Positions 49,025 to 58,986 of a stretch of DNA of 64,000 bases are shown piece after piece. A program made the position numbers and the translations under genes. Location: assembly GCA_017484065.1 (NCBI GenBank), contig JAFUTX010000009.1:23952-87951 (forward strand), in the 5' to 3' direction. The notes under the pieces were generated by a model. The model was not told the DNA's origin. It was given only the letters and a program-made list of their open reading frames with translations, and ran no database searches. Positions within the stretch are counted from its first letter, which is position 1; every line of letters begins with the position of its first letter. This stretch comes from Bacilli bacterium (GTDB lineage: Bacteria > Bacillota_I > Bacilli_A > RF39 > UBA660).

Positions 49025-50179
49025 TTAGATTGTTAATTTATATGGTTTACTTGCAGAACCATCTGAATTAGGTCCAGCAACTATTTTGACATTTGATTTT
49101 AGGTATGCTACTGGTGTTAAGCTGAAGCTATAATCTGAACCGCTATTGCCAACATACCCGCTATCGTTTACATATGCACCGCCATTAAAGTTATCAGCGC
49201 GTGGAGTCATTGTCCATTGCCATGATGAACCATTTAATAACCAATCGTTATTCACACAGGGTGTATTTGCAGTTGTATTCCATGTATATAAAGCTATATT
49301 TCTACATCTATTATCCGATACAGAACCGTTGCTTGCGTAACCATAATCGCTTGTATACATTAATCCTAAATTACCTGTCCATGTCAAATTATTATTTGAA
49401 CCGGTATTTGTTCTCTCAGCTGCATACCATTTTGAGGATATTATAGTTGCGTAGAAAAATTGATTACCCTCTGTTGTAGTAAAGCCGCCTAAATAATATG
49501 TTGCTGGTTCTATTAAATTTTTAGCAACACTATTTAAACCATTACTGGAAAAATCTATTGGAGATGTTGGAGTATCTACCCAATTACTATTTACATACTT
49601 TTTCCCATGATATGCAGCATGTGTACCATTATTATAATATGTTGTTAATATTTCATTTGCTGTACTATTTGGCCAATTATTATTATACCTTGGAGAAGAA
49701 CATGTATACGTTCCATCTCCATTATCTGTCCAATTTTCGTCTGCACAACTATCATAATATGGAAAATTACCCAAACTTTCAGCTCTTATAAGCTTTACTC
49801 TACTAGCTCCATCTCCTGAAACTTCTCCACCATCTATATTATTCATTACACCAATAATGCGCCATAGTTCATTATTAAATTTAACATAGTTATTAGGGTC
49901 AGCTCCCATATATCTTATATTTTCATCTGGTGTATCATCTATAAACATAGTATCTTGGTTATCATCAACTATACTTGTTAAATATTCTACAGCATTAACT
50001 GGCTCTACTACTTTACCATTTATCATTTCATAACTATCACTTACTACTTCAAATTTAGCATAGCTATTATATAATTTTATTCCAATAACAACAATTGTTA
50101 ATAAACATATACTTACTAACAATATATTTCTTTTACGATTATCTTTAATTCGATAATCAAATTTATGTAAGCGACTCAT
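49025..50179 (-). CDS. Membrane-anchored secreted protein, paralog B of the 22889-24037 gene
   Basis: 384 aa. N-terminal approx 200 aa about 95% identical to paralog A. Divergent mid-region, conserved C-terminal motif. Confidence 0.6.
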   Translation of the reverse strand: MSRLHKFDYRIKDNRKRNILLVSICLLTIVVIGIKLYNSYAKFEVVSDSYEMINGKVVEPVNAVEYLTSIVDDNQDTMFIDDTPDENIRYMGADPNNYVKFNNELWRIIGVMNNIDGGEVSGDGASRVKLIRAESLGNFPYYDSCADENWTDNGDGTYTCSSPRYNNNWPNSTANEILTTYYNNGTHAAYHGKKYVNSNWVDTPTSPIDFSSNGLNSVAKNLIEPATYYLGGFTTTEGNQFFYATIISSKWYAAERTNTGSNNNLTWTGNLGLMYTSDYGYASNGSVSDNRCRNIALYTWNTTANTPCVNNDWLLNGSSWQWTMTPRADNFNGGAYVNDSGYVGNSGSDYSFSLTPVAYLKSNVKIVAGPNSDGSASKPYKLTI

Positions 50180-50345
50180 AGTTTGTCACCTACTAAAAAA
50201 GTTTTAGAAAGGTATCTTATTTTATTGTAAAGATACCCCCCCCCTATTTGCTATTTTCATATTTCCACTACCTTTCAGATTATATACTAATTTTACCATA
50301 TTTTTATATTCATTCAATAAAAAAATTGTCTTAATAGACAACTTT
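50180..50345 (-). promoter_or_regulatory. Conserved leader cassette C with a G9-tract uORF (50260..50222, MKIANRGGVSLQ*)
   Basis: C9 at 50236-50244. GAAAGGTAGTGG RBS-like element upstream. The region upstream of the uORF differs from cassettes A and B. Confidence 0.55.
50319..50341 (-). terminator. Rho-independent terminator of the Gly/Tyr-rich protein gene
   Basis: TTGTCT-atta-AGACAA stem followed by T7 on the minus strand. Confidence 0.55.
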
Positions 50346-50348
50346 TAA

Positions 50349-50573
50349 TTAACGATAATATCCATAACCGTAATTGTAACCATAACTATATGGAGCATAG
50401 CCATAAGGTCTTGGTCCATAGTAACCATAATTAGGATAAGCATTAATTATTGGTCTTGGTCTAGTTAAACCAATAGCAGCTCCTCCAACTAAAGCACCTG
50501 TTAAAAATGGAAATATAAATCTATCGCCATTATTGTTATATGGATTTCTAAAATTATTTGGATATTGATACAT
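50349..50573 (-). CDS. Small Gly/Tyr/Pro-rich protein (possible spore coat or surface structural protein)
   Basis: 74 aa. One hydrophobic segment. YGYYGPRPYGYAPYSYGYNYGYGYY tail. Own terminator. Confidence 0.4.
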   Translation of the reverse strand: MYQYPNNFRNPYNNNGDRFIFPFLTGALVGGAAIGLTRPRPIINAYPNYGYYGPRPYGYAPYSYGYNYGYGYYR

Positions 50574-50619
50574 ATAAATCCCCTCTCATCACTATATATT
50601 ATGAGAGATAAATATAATG

Positions 50620-51852
50620 CTAATTATAAATACCTAGATAATAATTCTTTTTACCTTTTTTTATTATAATAACTTTTTGATCAATAGCATCCTTTTTAGA
50701 TACTACATATTCTAAATCATTTATCTTAGTATTATTTAAACTAATTGCATTACCACTAATCATTTCTCTAGCTTCTCTTTTGCTTGAACAGATATTATTA
50801 TTTACTAATATATCAATTAACGAAATATCTTTTGTTATATCAAATTTAGTTATATCAGTTAAACTATCAATAATATCTTCACTAGATAATTCCCAAACTT
50901 TATCACTAAATAACGATTCACTAATCATCTTAGCTTTTTCATATTCATCATGGCCATGTAAGAAAGTAATTACTTCTTCAGCTAATCTTTTTTGAGCTAA
51001 ACGTTCTTCTGGTTTTTCATTTTGATAAGCCATAATACTATCTACTTCTTCTTTATTTAAGAAAGTATATCTTTTTAAATAATCTTCCATCATGACATCT
51101 TCAAAATTCAAAATATATTGATATAACTCATAGCTAGATGTTTTATTTTTATCTAACCACAAAGCATTACCATAAGATTTACCTAATTTTTTACCAGTTG
51201 AATCTACTACAAGAGGCATTGAAAAAGCATATACTTCTTCATTATTCATTTTTCTAATAAGCTCAATACCTGTAGTTAAATTACCCCATTGATCTGAACC
51301 ACCAAATTGTAAAGTTACACCATACTTATCATGTAGATATTTAAAATCATAACCTTGGATTAACATATAAGAAAATTCTGCATATGAAATGCCTATGTCA
51401 AGTTGACGTTTTATTAGATCTTTATTTATCATATAGTTTACATTAATCAATTTACCAACTTCTCTTAAAAACTCAATATAGTTCATATCTTTAAACCAAT
51501 CATAATTATTAACTGATACTATATCTTCCCCAAATAACTTCTTCATTTGAGCTTGGATTTTAACAAAGTTAGATTCAATTACTTTAGCATCGGCTTTATC
51601 TCTTTCACCAGTTCCTCTAGGGTCGCCGACTAATCCAGTAGCTCCTCCAACTAGAACCATTGGTTTATGACCAGCTCTTTTCATTCTTTCAATCATTAAA
51701 AATGATGGTAATTGTCCAATATGTAAACTATCAGCAGTAGGATCAGCCCCTATATAGCATACTAATCCTCCCTTATTTAACTTTTCTTCTAATTCTGGAC
51801 TTGAAATATCTTTAATAAGTCCTCTCCATACTAATTCATCATAAAATTTCAT
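50620..51852 (-). CDS. tyrS: Tyrosyl-tRNA synthetase
   Basis: Class I HIGH-type (HIGQ at the HIGH position) and KLGKS motifs, C-terminal S4-like domain. True start MKFYDELVWRG at 51852 after a GGGAGGAAG RBS. The track ORF start at 51888 lies inside the T-box terminator. Confidence 0.93.
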   Translation of the reverse strand: MKFYDELVWRGLIKDISSPELEEKLNKGGLVCYIGADPTADSLHIGQLPSFLMIERMKRAGHKPMVLVGGATGLVGDPRGTGERDKADAKVIESNFVKIQAQMKKLFGEDIVSVNNYDWFKDMNYIEFLREVGKLINVNYMINKDLIKRQLDIGISYAEFSYMLIQGYDFKYLHDKYGVTLQFGGSDQWGNLTTGIELIRKMNNEEVYAFSMPLVVDSTGKKLGKSYGNALWLDKNKTSSYELYQYILNFEDVMMEDYLKRYTFLNKEEVDSIMAYQNEKPEERLAQKRLAEEVITFLHGHDEYEKAKMISESLFSDKVWELSSEDIIDSLTDITKFDITKDISLIDILVNNNICSSKREAREMISGNAISLNNTKINDLEYVVSKKDAIDQKVIIIKKGKKNYYLGIYN

Positions 51853-51867
51853 AATTCTTCCTCCCAA

Positions 51868-52075
51868 AATAAAACGCGACAAGCTCACCCTAAGGACGAA
51901 CTAGCCGCGGTACCACCTTAATTCATGAATAATCATGCTCTTTAATAACTATAACGCGTTACCGTTTTAACTCCAAGTGTATAACTTTTTAAATATCTAG
52001 CTTTGTTTACACCAACCACAAAGTCTCTATATTAACCAATATTTAATACTTCACTCTTCTTTGTTAAATTTCATT
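51868..52075 (-). promoter_or_regulatory. T-box riboswitch leader (Tyr specifier UAC) for tyrS
   Basis: Minus-strand RNA AAUUAAGGUGGUACCGCGG is a near-consensus T-box. Terminator CGCGGCUAG...CUUGUCGCG + UUUUAUUUU. Specifier loop guuaUACA-CUUGGAGUU. Confidence 0.8.
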
Positions 52076-52116
52076 AATCGTTAACTACTTTAACATAGTT
52101 TTATTATTAAAGCAAA

Positions 52117-52539
52117 TTATTTTTGTACTTTTACTGATGCTTCATCTAATTTAGTTGATGCATTTTTAAGTAAATCTGAAACTCTGCTTCTTAATTCATT
52201 AGCAGCTTTTTCTACTACTGGAGTACATTTTTCTTTAGTCATTTCAACTAATTCATCTAAATCTTGCTTAATCTTTTTAGCCTCAGTTTTAGCCATCTTA
52301 GCAACTTTTTCTTTATCTAAATCTTTAACTTCTTTTTTTATTTTATTTACTTTCTTAACAATAGCTTCTTTAGTTTCATCAATATCAATATTTTTTACTT
52401 TTTCCATTAATTCATCAAATTTAGCCATTAAATCATCTCTTGTTTCTTTTCCACTTTTTGGAGCAAAAAGCATTCCAAGTCCTACACCTACTGCAGCTCC
52501 TGCTAAAAATTTACCTACACCTTTACTCATCTTCATCAT
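52117..52539 (-). CDS. YtxH-like general-stress protein
   Basis: 140 aa. GKFLAGAAVGVGLGMLFAPKSGKETRDDL YtxH motif and a coiled-coil tail. Confidence 0.6.
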   Translation of the reverse strand: MMKMSKGVGKFLAGAAVGVGLGMLFAPKSGKETRDDLMAKFDELMEKVKNIDIDETKEAIVKKVNKIKKEVKDLDKEKVAKMAKTEAKKIKQDLDELVEMTKEKCTPVVEKAANELRSRVSDLLKNASTKLDEASVKVQK

Positions 52540-52819
52540 TTCCTTCCTCTTTATTTTTTCTTTTGAAAAATTTTCTTGTAAATAATCCTGATATAGCTCC
52601 CACTACTGTATCAGTAAGGCCAGCTATTTTGTCAGAAGCAAAATCAATTATATTAAAGAAAAAATTAAGTGATTGAACTTTTTCATTAACATCATCTACC
52701 ATTTTATCAACTTTAGATAATGTTCCAATTGACTTTACTCCTATTATTATAGCTACTATTAATAAAACAATTAGTAGTATATATATAATTATAGGCAAAA
52801 ATGAGCTCAAAAATTCCAT
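52523..52819 (-). CDS. DUF948 (YtxG-like) membrane protein
   Basis: 98 aa with an N-terminal TM. Overlaps the ytxH-like gene as in the Bacillus ytxG-ytxH arrangement. Confidence 0.5.
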   Translation of the reverse strand: MEFLSSFLPIIIYILLIVLLIVAIIIGVKSIGTLSKVDKMVDDVNEKVQSLNFFFNIIDFASDKIAGLTDTVVGAISGLFTRKFFKRKNKEEGNDEDE

Positions 52820-52822
52820 TTA

Positions 52823-53716
52823 CTATTCTCCCTTTCTATCCTCATACATTGAATCTATTAAATTAAATAAATCATTTTCTAATGTATCTTCTACATCTTT
52901 TTCTTTAGTTTTATTATCTAATACTTCTAGAGATTTTTCTTCTTCGTATCTAGGAATTTCTTTTACTTCTTCTCTTACAACTTTTCTTTCTTCTCTTTGC
53001 GGTTTTACATCTATTTCTTCATCACTACTTTCCATAAGTAGCTCATCAATAGTTTTACCTTTTAACTCGTTGTATCTTTCTTTTTCCGCAATAATTTCTT
53101 CCTTAATTGCTTCTTTAGGCTCACTAAATGTTAATTCAATATCATCTTCTAACTCCCCAAAAGCTTTTTTACGTACTCTATCTACATCTAACTCACGGCG
53201 AGTAAATTTCTTTTCTTCTTTTCTTCTTGGCATAATATCTTCTAATTTATAATCTTTATCTAAAATACCATAAACCGGAGATATATTTGGAGAAGGTTTA
53301 AATTTTTTCTTATTATCTTCTCTTGGTAATTCATAACTACTTTTTACTTCACTAGTATTATATTTACTAGTATAGCTATAGTTTTTAACCTCAGGTATTT
53401 CTTGCTTACGAGGCTCTTTCTTTTCTTCTTTTTTTACATTATTTACTTGAGGAATAAAGTTATCAAATTCATCTTCATCAAAAGATGGAAAATCAAATTG
53501 AATATCATTAAAATCTGTTGCATTTGTATCATCTTCAATAATTGCATCATCTTCTAAATCAGTAAATGACGGATATTCAGGTTCAATTTCTATTTTCTTT
53601 GGTTCCTCACGTTTTACAACCGGTTTTTCTTCCTTTTTTATTACTGGTATTTCTACTTCTTCTTCCTCAAATAATATATTTTTAATTTTATTAATAAATC
53701 CCATTAGCGAGCACAA
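52823..53716 (-). CDS. Glu/Lys-rich hypothetical protein
   Basis: 297 aa, highly charged low-complexity sequence. Intact ORF in an operon context. Confidence 0.4.
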   Translation of the reverse strand: MCSLMGFINKIKNILFEEEEVEIPVIKKEEKPVVKREEPKKIEIEPEYPSFTDLEDDAIIEDDTNATDFNDIQFDFPSFDEDEFDNFIPQVNNVKKEEKKEPRKQEIPEVKNYSYTSKYNTSEVKSSYELPREDNKKKFKPSPNISPVYGILDKDYKLEDIMPRRKEEKKFTRRELDVDRVRKKAFGELEDDIELTFSEPKEAIKEEIIAEKERYNELKGKTIDELLMESSDEEIDVKPQREERKVVREEVKEIPRYEEEKSLEVLDNKTKEKDVEDTLENDLFNLIDSMYEDRKGE

Positions 53717-53722
53717 TCCTTT

Positions 53723-54370
53723 CTACTTAATTAAATCGTTGTCTCTTAACTCATCATCTTTGTCATTATATTTATCGTATTCTTCTAGATAAAATAAATA
53801 TTTACTTTCATTCTTTGACTTAGAGAATATATCAAATTCTTCTTCACTAAAAGATAAGACATCTTCCTCTAACAAATTTGAAATAACACTATCATTATAC
53901 TTAATAGAATTTAAAATGCTTAATGAATAAGTTAGCACCTCATTAATATCATCTTTTTCTACTATTACTTCTATTTTAGCATAATTATACATAATTTCAA
54001 TTAAATATTTTTCATTATCTGATAAATTTATCTCAATATACCCTTTTTTACCATTATATTCTAAAGATTTTGTAAAGTAAGGTTCAATACTTGTTTCATA
54101 TACTAATTCTTTTTTATTATAATAACTTACTACATCTACATATAAATATAATTGATAACTCTTATAATTAATAACTTCATTATAATCAGTTTTATCTTTA
54201 ACTCTTAGACCTTGAGGTAAATAGTATTTATATCCTTTACGATATGTATTTGATTTCTTTATGTCTTTTATAGCTATTTCATTAGTTAAAGTATCTATAT
54301 TACTAGATCTTATAACAGTACATCCACTTATAAACAGTACAACTATAAGTAGTAATGGAATTTTTTTCAT
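53723..54370 (-). CDS. Lipoprotein
   Basis: Signal peptide with FISGC lipobox. 215 aa. Confidence 0.5.
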   Translation of the reverse strand: MKKIPLLLIVVLFISGCTVIRSSNIDTLTNEIAIKDIKKSNTYRKGYKYYLPQGLRVKDKTDYNEVINYKSYQLYLYVDVVSYYNKKELVYETSIEPYFTKSLEYNGKKGYIEINLSDNEKYLIEIMYNYAKIEVIVEKDDINEVLTYSLSILNSIKYNDSVISNLLEEDVLSFSEEEFDIFSKSKNESKYLFYLEEYDKYNDKDDELRDNDLIK

Positions 54371-54385
54371 TCGATCACCCTATTT

Positions 54386-56395
54386 TTAATCTATAAATTC
54401 GATATCCTTTAATATTTTATCATATATTTTGTAATCTTGATAATATTTTTTTTCAATAAACTCTTTACTATCCTCTTTTGCTTGTAATAGTATTTTATAA
54501 TCTCTATTTAAATCTGCCATATTAAAGTGCATTTCACCACTTTGTTTAACCCCAAATAAATCACCATGGCCTCGTAGTTCAAAATCCTTTTCACTAATAT
54601 AAAATCCATCATTACTTTCTGTTAGGCAAGTTAATCTTTCTTTAGTTTTGTCATTATCTTTATCAGTGATTAAACTGCAATAACTTTGTAAGTTGCTTCG
54701 ACCAACTCTTCCCCTTAATTGATGGAGTGTTGATAAACCAAATCTCTCAGCATTAAAAATAACCATCATCGTAGCATTAGCTACATCTACACCTACTTCA
54801 ATAACCGTAGTAGATACTAATATGTTTATTTTATTATTTTTAAAGTCATTTAATATTTTATCTTTTTCATCATTAGACATTCTGCTATGTAATATTTCTA
54901 CATTGATTTTATTGTTAAAAGCAAGTAAGAATTTATTTTTTAACTCTTCTACTCCTTTTAAATCTAATTCCTCATTATTTTCAATTATTGGAGATACTAC
55001 ATATATTTGATGATTAAGTTTTATTTCTTCATATATTTGATGTAATACATCTTTAATTTGTGAATTATTATAAATGGTAGTAATTACCTCTTTTCGACCA
55101 GCTGGTTTTGTTTTTATGGTTGATACATCTAAATCGCCATAAATTGTTAAAGCATAAGTACGAGGTATTGGTGTAGCACTCATATATAAGATATCAACAT
55201 TTTCTCCTTTGTTATGTAGCATTGTCCTTTGAAGTACACCAAAACGATGTTGTTCATCAGTTATAACTAAACCAAGACATGAGAATTCTACATTATCTGT
55301 AAATAATGCATGTGTACCTACTATTAAATCTATTTCTTTATTTTTAAGTTTTTCTATAACGGTATTCTTTTCTTTTTTAGTCATACTACCAGTAAGTAAG
55401 GCAATATTAATATCATAATCTTTAAATATATTTTTTAAATTATTATAATGTTGAGTTGCTAAAACCTCAGTAGGTGCCATCATTGCACTTTGATACCCAG
55501 CTAGAAAGCAAGCATACATAGCTATTTGGCCAACTATTGTCTTACCACTACCTACATCACCAATTACAATACGATTCATTCTTTTATCGCTTTTTAAATC
55601 ACTAATTATATCATCAACACATTTTAATTGATCAGTTGTTAACTTAAATGGTAAATTAGTTATTAAATTATTAACTTTTTCTATATCTATATTCTTAACT
55701 GGTTTTAATATCTTTTGCTTATTATTCTTTAACATTTGTACTTTAAACATAAAAGTAAATAATTCTTCATAAATTAAATGTAATTTTGCTTGTTTTAAAA
55801 TATTTATATTACTAGGTTTATGGATTTCTTTTATAGCAGTATATTTATCAATAAACTTATATTTTTCAAGTAGATATGTTGGTATATATTCATCTACTTT
55901 TAATTCCATATGTAATGCTTCATCTATATATTTACATAGATTAGCATATTTAAGTCCATTTATTAAATGATATACTGGTTCAATTTTTATTTTATCAAAA
56001 TCTTTAAACTTGATATCACTAGCGACAAAGGTATTTTTTTTAGGATTATACTTACCTATTAAAATAATATCTCTACCTATAGTTATATTCTTTTTTAAAA
56101 ATGCCCTATTAAAAATAGTTACATTAAATACTCGATTATTGTTAACAGCTTTAAATGTTAAACGATTAAAATTTTTCTTAATATAAAAAACATTAGCATT
56201 GCTTTCAACTTTAGCTTTTATACTTATTTGTAAACTTTCATCTATATCATTAGTTATATCAATCAAGTTATAAACATTATATCTAAATGGATAATAATTT
56301 ACTAAATCATTAATTGTATATATTCCTAATTCATTTAAGATATTTTTAGTAGTTGCTCCTACTCCTTTTAAAACTTCTATATTCATAATTACCAC
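54386..56395 (-). CDS. recG: ATP-dependent DNA helicase RecG
   Basis: Wedge domain, helicase motifs (GDVGSGKT, DEQHRFG, C-terminal RGRVGRS). Start may be M4 at 56386. Confidence 0.9.
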   Translation of the reverse strand: MVIMNIEVLKGVGATTKNILNELGIYTINDLVNYYPFRYNVYNLIDITNDIDESLQISIKAKVESNANVFYIKKNFNRLTFKAVNNNRVFNVTIFNRAFLKKNITIGRDIILIGKYNPKKNTFVASDIKFKDFDKIKIEPVYHLINGLKYANLCKYIDEALHMELKVDEYIPTYLLEKYKFIDKYTAIKEIHKPSNINILKQAKLHLIYEELFTFMFKVQMLKNNKQKILKPVKNIDIEKVNNLITNLPFKLTTDQLKCVDDIISDLKSDKRMNRIVIGDVGSGKTIVGQIAMYACFLAGYQSAMMAPTEVLATQHYNNLKNIFKDYDINIALLTGSMTKKEKNTVIEKLKNKEIDLIVGTHALFTDNVEFSCLGLVITDEQHRFGVLQRTMLHNKGENVDILYMSATPIPRTYALTIYGDLDVSTIKTKPAGRKEVITTIYNNSQIKDVLHQIYEEIKLNHQIYVVSPIIENNEELDLKGVEELKNKFLLAFNNKINVEILHSRMSNDEKDKILNDFKNNKINILVSTTVIEVGVDVANATMMVIFNAERFGLSTLHQLRGRVGRSNLQSYCSLITDKDNDKTKERLTCLTESNDGFYISEKDFELRGHGDLFGVKQSGEMHFNMADLNRDYKILLQAKEDSKEFIEKKYYQDYKIYDKILKDIEFID

Positions 56396-56497
56396 AAAAC
56401 TATTATATCAAATATCCTAAAAATAGACATAATATTTAACAAAATTATCCAATATAAAAGTTTTTTTAAATTTTTTAAATTTTTTTTCAAAAAGTTG

Positions 56498-56631
56498 TTG
56501 ACAAAATTAACTTTATCCATTAGTATAACAACTACCAATTCACTTATTGGCGAATTGGTGCTAGTATCACACTAGTCAACCCCTTTTTATTCTTTGAAGC
56601 TGTCTTCAGGGGGCAGCTTCTATTTTTTTTT
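56498..56631 (+). ncRNA. Candidate approx 95-nt small RNA: promoter (TTGACA-17-TAGTAT), three hairpins, intrinsic terminator
   Basis: -35 TTGACA at 56498-56503. Transcript approx 56533 onward with hairpins CCAATTC/GAATTGG, CTAGT/ACTAG and GAAGCTG...CAGCTTC + T9 (56596-56631). No ATG within the region. Confidence 0.35.
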
Positions 56632-56877
56632 GACATAAAATTAAACTATGATAATATGTATTTAGCAAGAGAACTTGCATAAAATGAAAAAGGGAAACAT
56701 TCAGTTTTGCAATGTTGAATGTCTCCCCGTTTAAATTGGTAAACATTTTAATTCTTATAGAATTAAAGTGTCTTTTTATTTGCTAATAATTATTAGCAGT
56801 ATTACGAAACCTAAAAAGGCTGAGGTAGATACTCAACAACTGATATTTCCTTTTAAATTACAATATACTGATTTTAT

Positions 56878-56905
56878 TTGACATTAACTATAAATAGTGT
56901 ATAAT
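56878..56905 (+). promoter_or_regulatory. Strong sigma-A promoter for rpsD (TTGACA-16-TGTATAAT)
   Basis: Perfect -35 and -10 hexamers with an upstream TG. About 170-nt 5' UTR precedes the rpsD start. Confidence 0.6.
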
Positions 56906-57073
56906 ATGAATTGCGATTACAAGTGGCAGTATTATTTATAGATATAATGTGTTTATTACCTACTTGGGTTCATAGTATTTAGGACTGCCCTAAAGAAAGA
57001 TTTAAATAAACTCCCTATATTTTGTAAATAATAAACCTTTGTTAAAGCAATATTTAAGAAAGGAGAAAAAATT

Positions 57074-57676
57074 ATGGCAAGATATACTGGTCCTATCTAC
57101 AAAAAAGCTAGAAGACTTAACTTTTCTGTTTTAGAAAATGGTAAAGAATTAGCTAAACGTCCTTATGCTCCTGGAGCTCATGGAACTGATCGTAGAAGAA
57201 AACTAAGTGAATATGGAATCCAATTACAAGAAAAACAAAAAGTTAGATTCATGTATGGATTAAATGAAAAACAATTCGAAAAAGTTTTTGAAAAAGCTTC
57301 AAAAATGAAAGGAATTGCTGGTGAAAACTTACTTAAACTTCTTGAAAGTCGTTTAGATAATTTAGTTTATCGTATGGGTCTTGCTAATACTAGACGTGGA
57401 GCTCGTCAACTTGTTAACCATGGACATATTACTGTTAATGGTAGAAAAGTTAACATTCCATCTTTCCAAGTTAAAGTTGGAAGTACAATTGCTGTTAAAG
57501 AACAATCTTTAGAACATCCAGCAATTAAAGCAGCTTTAGAAGCTAATATTAGTCGTCCAGCATTTGTAGAATTTGATAGTAAAAAAATGGCAGGTACTTA
57601 TTTAAGATTACCTGATAGAAGTGAACTTAATCAAGAAATTAATGAATCACTTATCGTTGAATACTACAACAGATAA
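57074..57676 (+). CDS. rpsD: 30S ribosomal protein S4
   Basis: [18 protein letters not shown]... is the canonical S4 N-terminus. 200 aa. AAGGAG RBS. Confidence 0.95.
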   Translation: MARYTGPIYKKARRLNFSVLENGKELAKRPYAPGAHGTDRRRKLSEYGIQLQEKQKVRFMYGLNEKQFEKVFEKASKMKGIAGENLLKLLESRLDNLVYRMGLANTRRGARQLVNHGHITVNGRKVNIPSFQVKVGSTIAVKEQSLEHPAIKAALEANISRPAFVEFDSKKMAGTYLRLPDRSELNQEINESLIVEYYNR

Positions 57677-57681
57677 TAGAA

Positions 57682-57714
57682 AATACTTCTCAGAATTGAG
57701 AAGTATTTTTATTT
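57682..57714. terminator. Bidirectional rho-independent terminator (rpsD / M16 peptidase gene)
   Basis: AATACTTCTC-agaatt-GAGAAGTATT stem followed by TTTTTATTT. Confidence 0.65.
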
Positions 57715-58986
57715 ATTTGGAACCATATTAACTACAACTAGATTTTTTAAATCAATATTTTCTATTAACTTTTCGATATCACTAAGCTTAATTGATTTAT
57801 AAATATCTTTATAATCAGTTATAACTTTTCCATTATCTATTATTGAATAAGCAAGATTATCATTAACAATTTCTATATCATCATAATCTAATACTAAAGT
57901 GGCTATATTGGCTTTTATAATGCGATTTAATTCTTGTTCAGTTACCACTAAATTATTAAGTTTATCTTTTATTAGTTTAGTAACTTCTTCTGGGTACTTA
58001 GTTTGACAAGTTACTTGTAAAAGTACTATTCCATCTTTACAAAATACAGATGAATCAATAGCAGTGATTAATTCTTTTTCTAATAAGTCATTTCTAAATT
58101 CACTAGTTAAACCAAAGTTAATATTAAGTACAGTACCTAACATTACTTTAAGTTTAATATCACTATTAATCTTAAATCTAGCTTTATTTAACTTTATACC
58201 AATCTTAATTTTAGCTTCTCCAATATTACCTTCTATTTCTTCATAAGGTTTTACTACACTAATTGGTTCTTTATCATAAATTATTTCTGGATTAGCATAT
58301 GAAGCAAATTCCTTATTCTTTTGATTTTCTTTAATCAAAGCACTAGCTTCATAAGGATTAAAGTTACCAGTAATAACAATAAACATATTTTTAGGATGAT
58401 AAAAAGTATCAAAAACTAACTGTAAATCTTTAGCAGTTATTTTTTTTATTTCACTATTTTCCCCTATTACTAAATTACGATAATTTAAATTTTTAAAAAT
58501 ATTCTTAAAAAAAGTAAATTGTAAATCTTGATAAGGATTATCATGACCCATATTAGCTTCTTCTAATATTATTCCTCTTTCTTTATCTACTAACTTCTTA
58601 GTAATACATGGTGTCATAACATAATCTAGTAAATGATTTATATTTTCTTTAAAGAAAGATGATGCATATACTTGATATGTAGTATATTCAAATGTTGTAA
58701 AAGCATTTATGTAGCTGCCTAATTTAGCAAAGTATTCATGTGCAGTAGTACCATCTGGTTCATTAAACTTAATATGTTCCATATAATGAGCAGTTCCACT
58801 TGGTACTTCATAAATTTTATTTTTGCCATTTAATTTAAACTTAGTATGATTAGAGCCATACTTAACTGATAAAGTAGCATAAAAACTTTTAACATCTTTC
58901 TTTGGCCACATAAATATTTGTAAACCATTATCGCACTCATCATAATATAGTGTTTCTAAGGAATCTTTTAATTCAATTTCTTTCAT
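57709..58986 (-). CDS. M16-family zinc peptidase, catalytic subunit (HxxEH)
   Basis: HYMEH inverzincin motif near the N-terminus. 425 aa. Confidence 0.7.
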   Translation of the reverse strand: MKEIELKDSLETLYYDECDNGLQIFMWPKKDVKSFYATLSVKYGSNHTKFKLNGKNKIYEVPSGTAHYMEHIKFNEPDGTTAHEYFAKLGSYINAFTTFEYTTYQVYASSFFKENINHLLDYVMTPCITKKLVDKERGIILEEANMGHDNPYQDLQFTFFKNIFKNLNYRNLVIGENSEIKKITAKDLQLVFDTFYHPKNMFIVITGNFNPYEASALIKENQKNKEFASYANPEIIYDKEPISVVKPYEEIEGNIGEAKIKIGIKLNKARFKINSDIKLKVMLGTVLNINFGLTSEFRNDLLEKELITAIDSSVFCKDGIVLLQVTCQTKYPEEVTKLIKDKLNNLVVTEQELNRIIKANIATLVLDYDDIEIVNDNLAYSIIDNGKVITDYKDIYKSIKLSDIEKLIENIDLKNLVVVNMVPNK

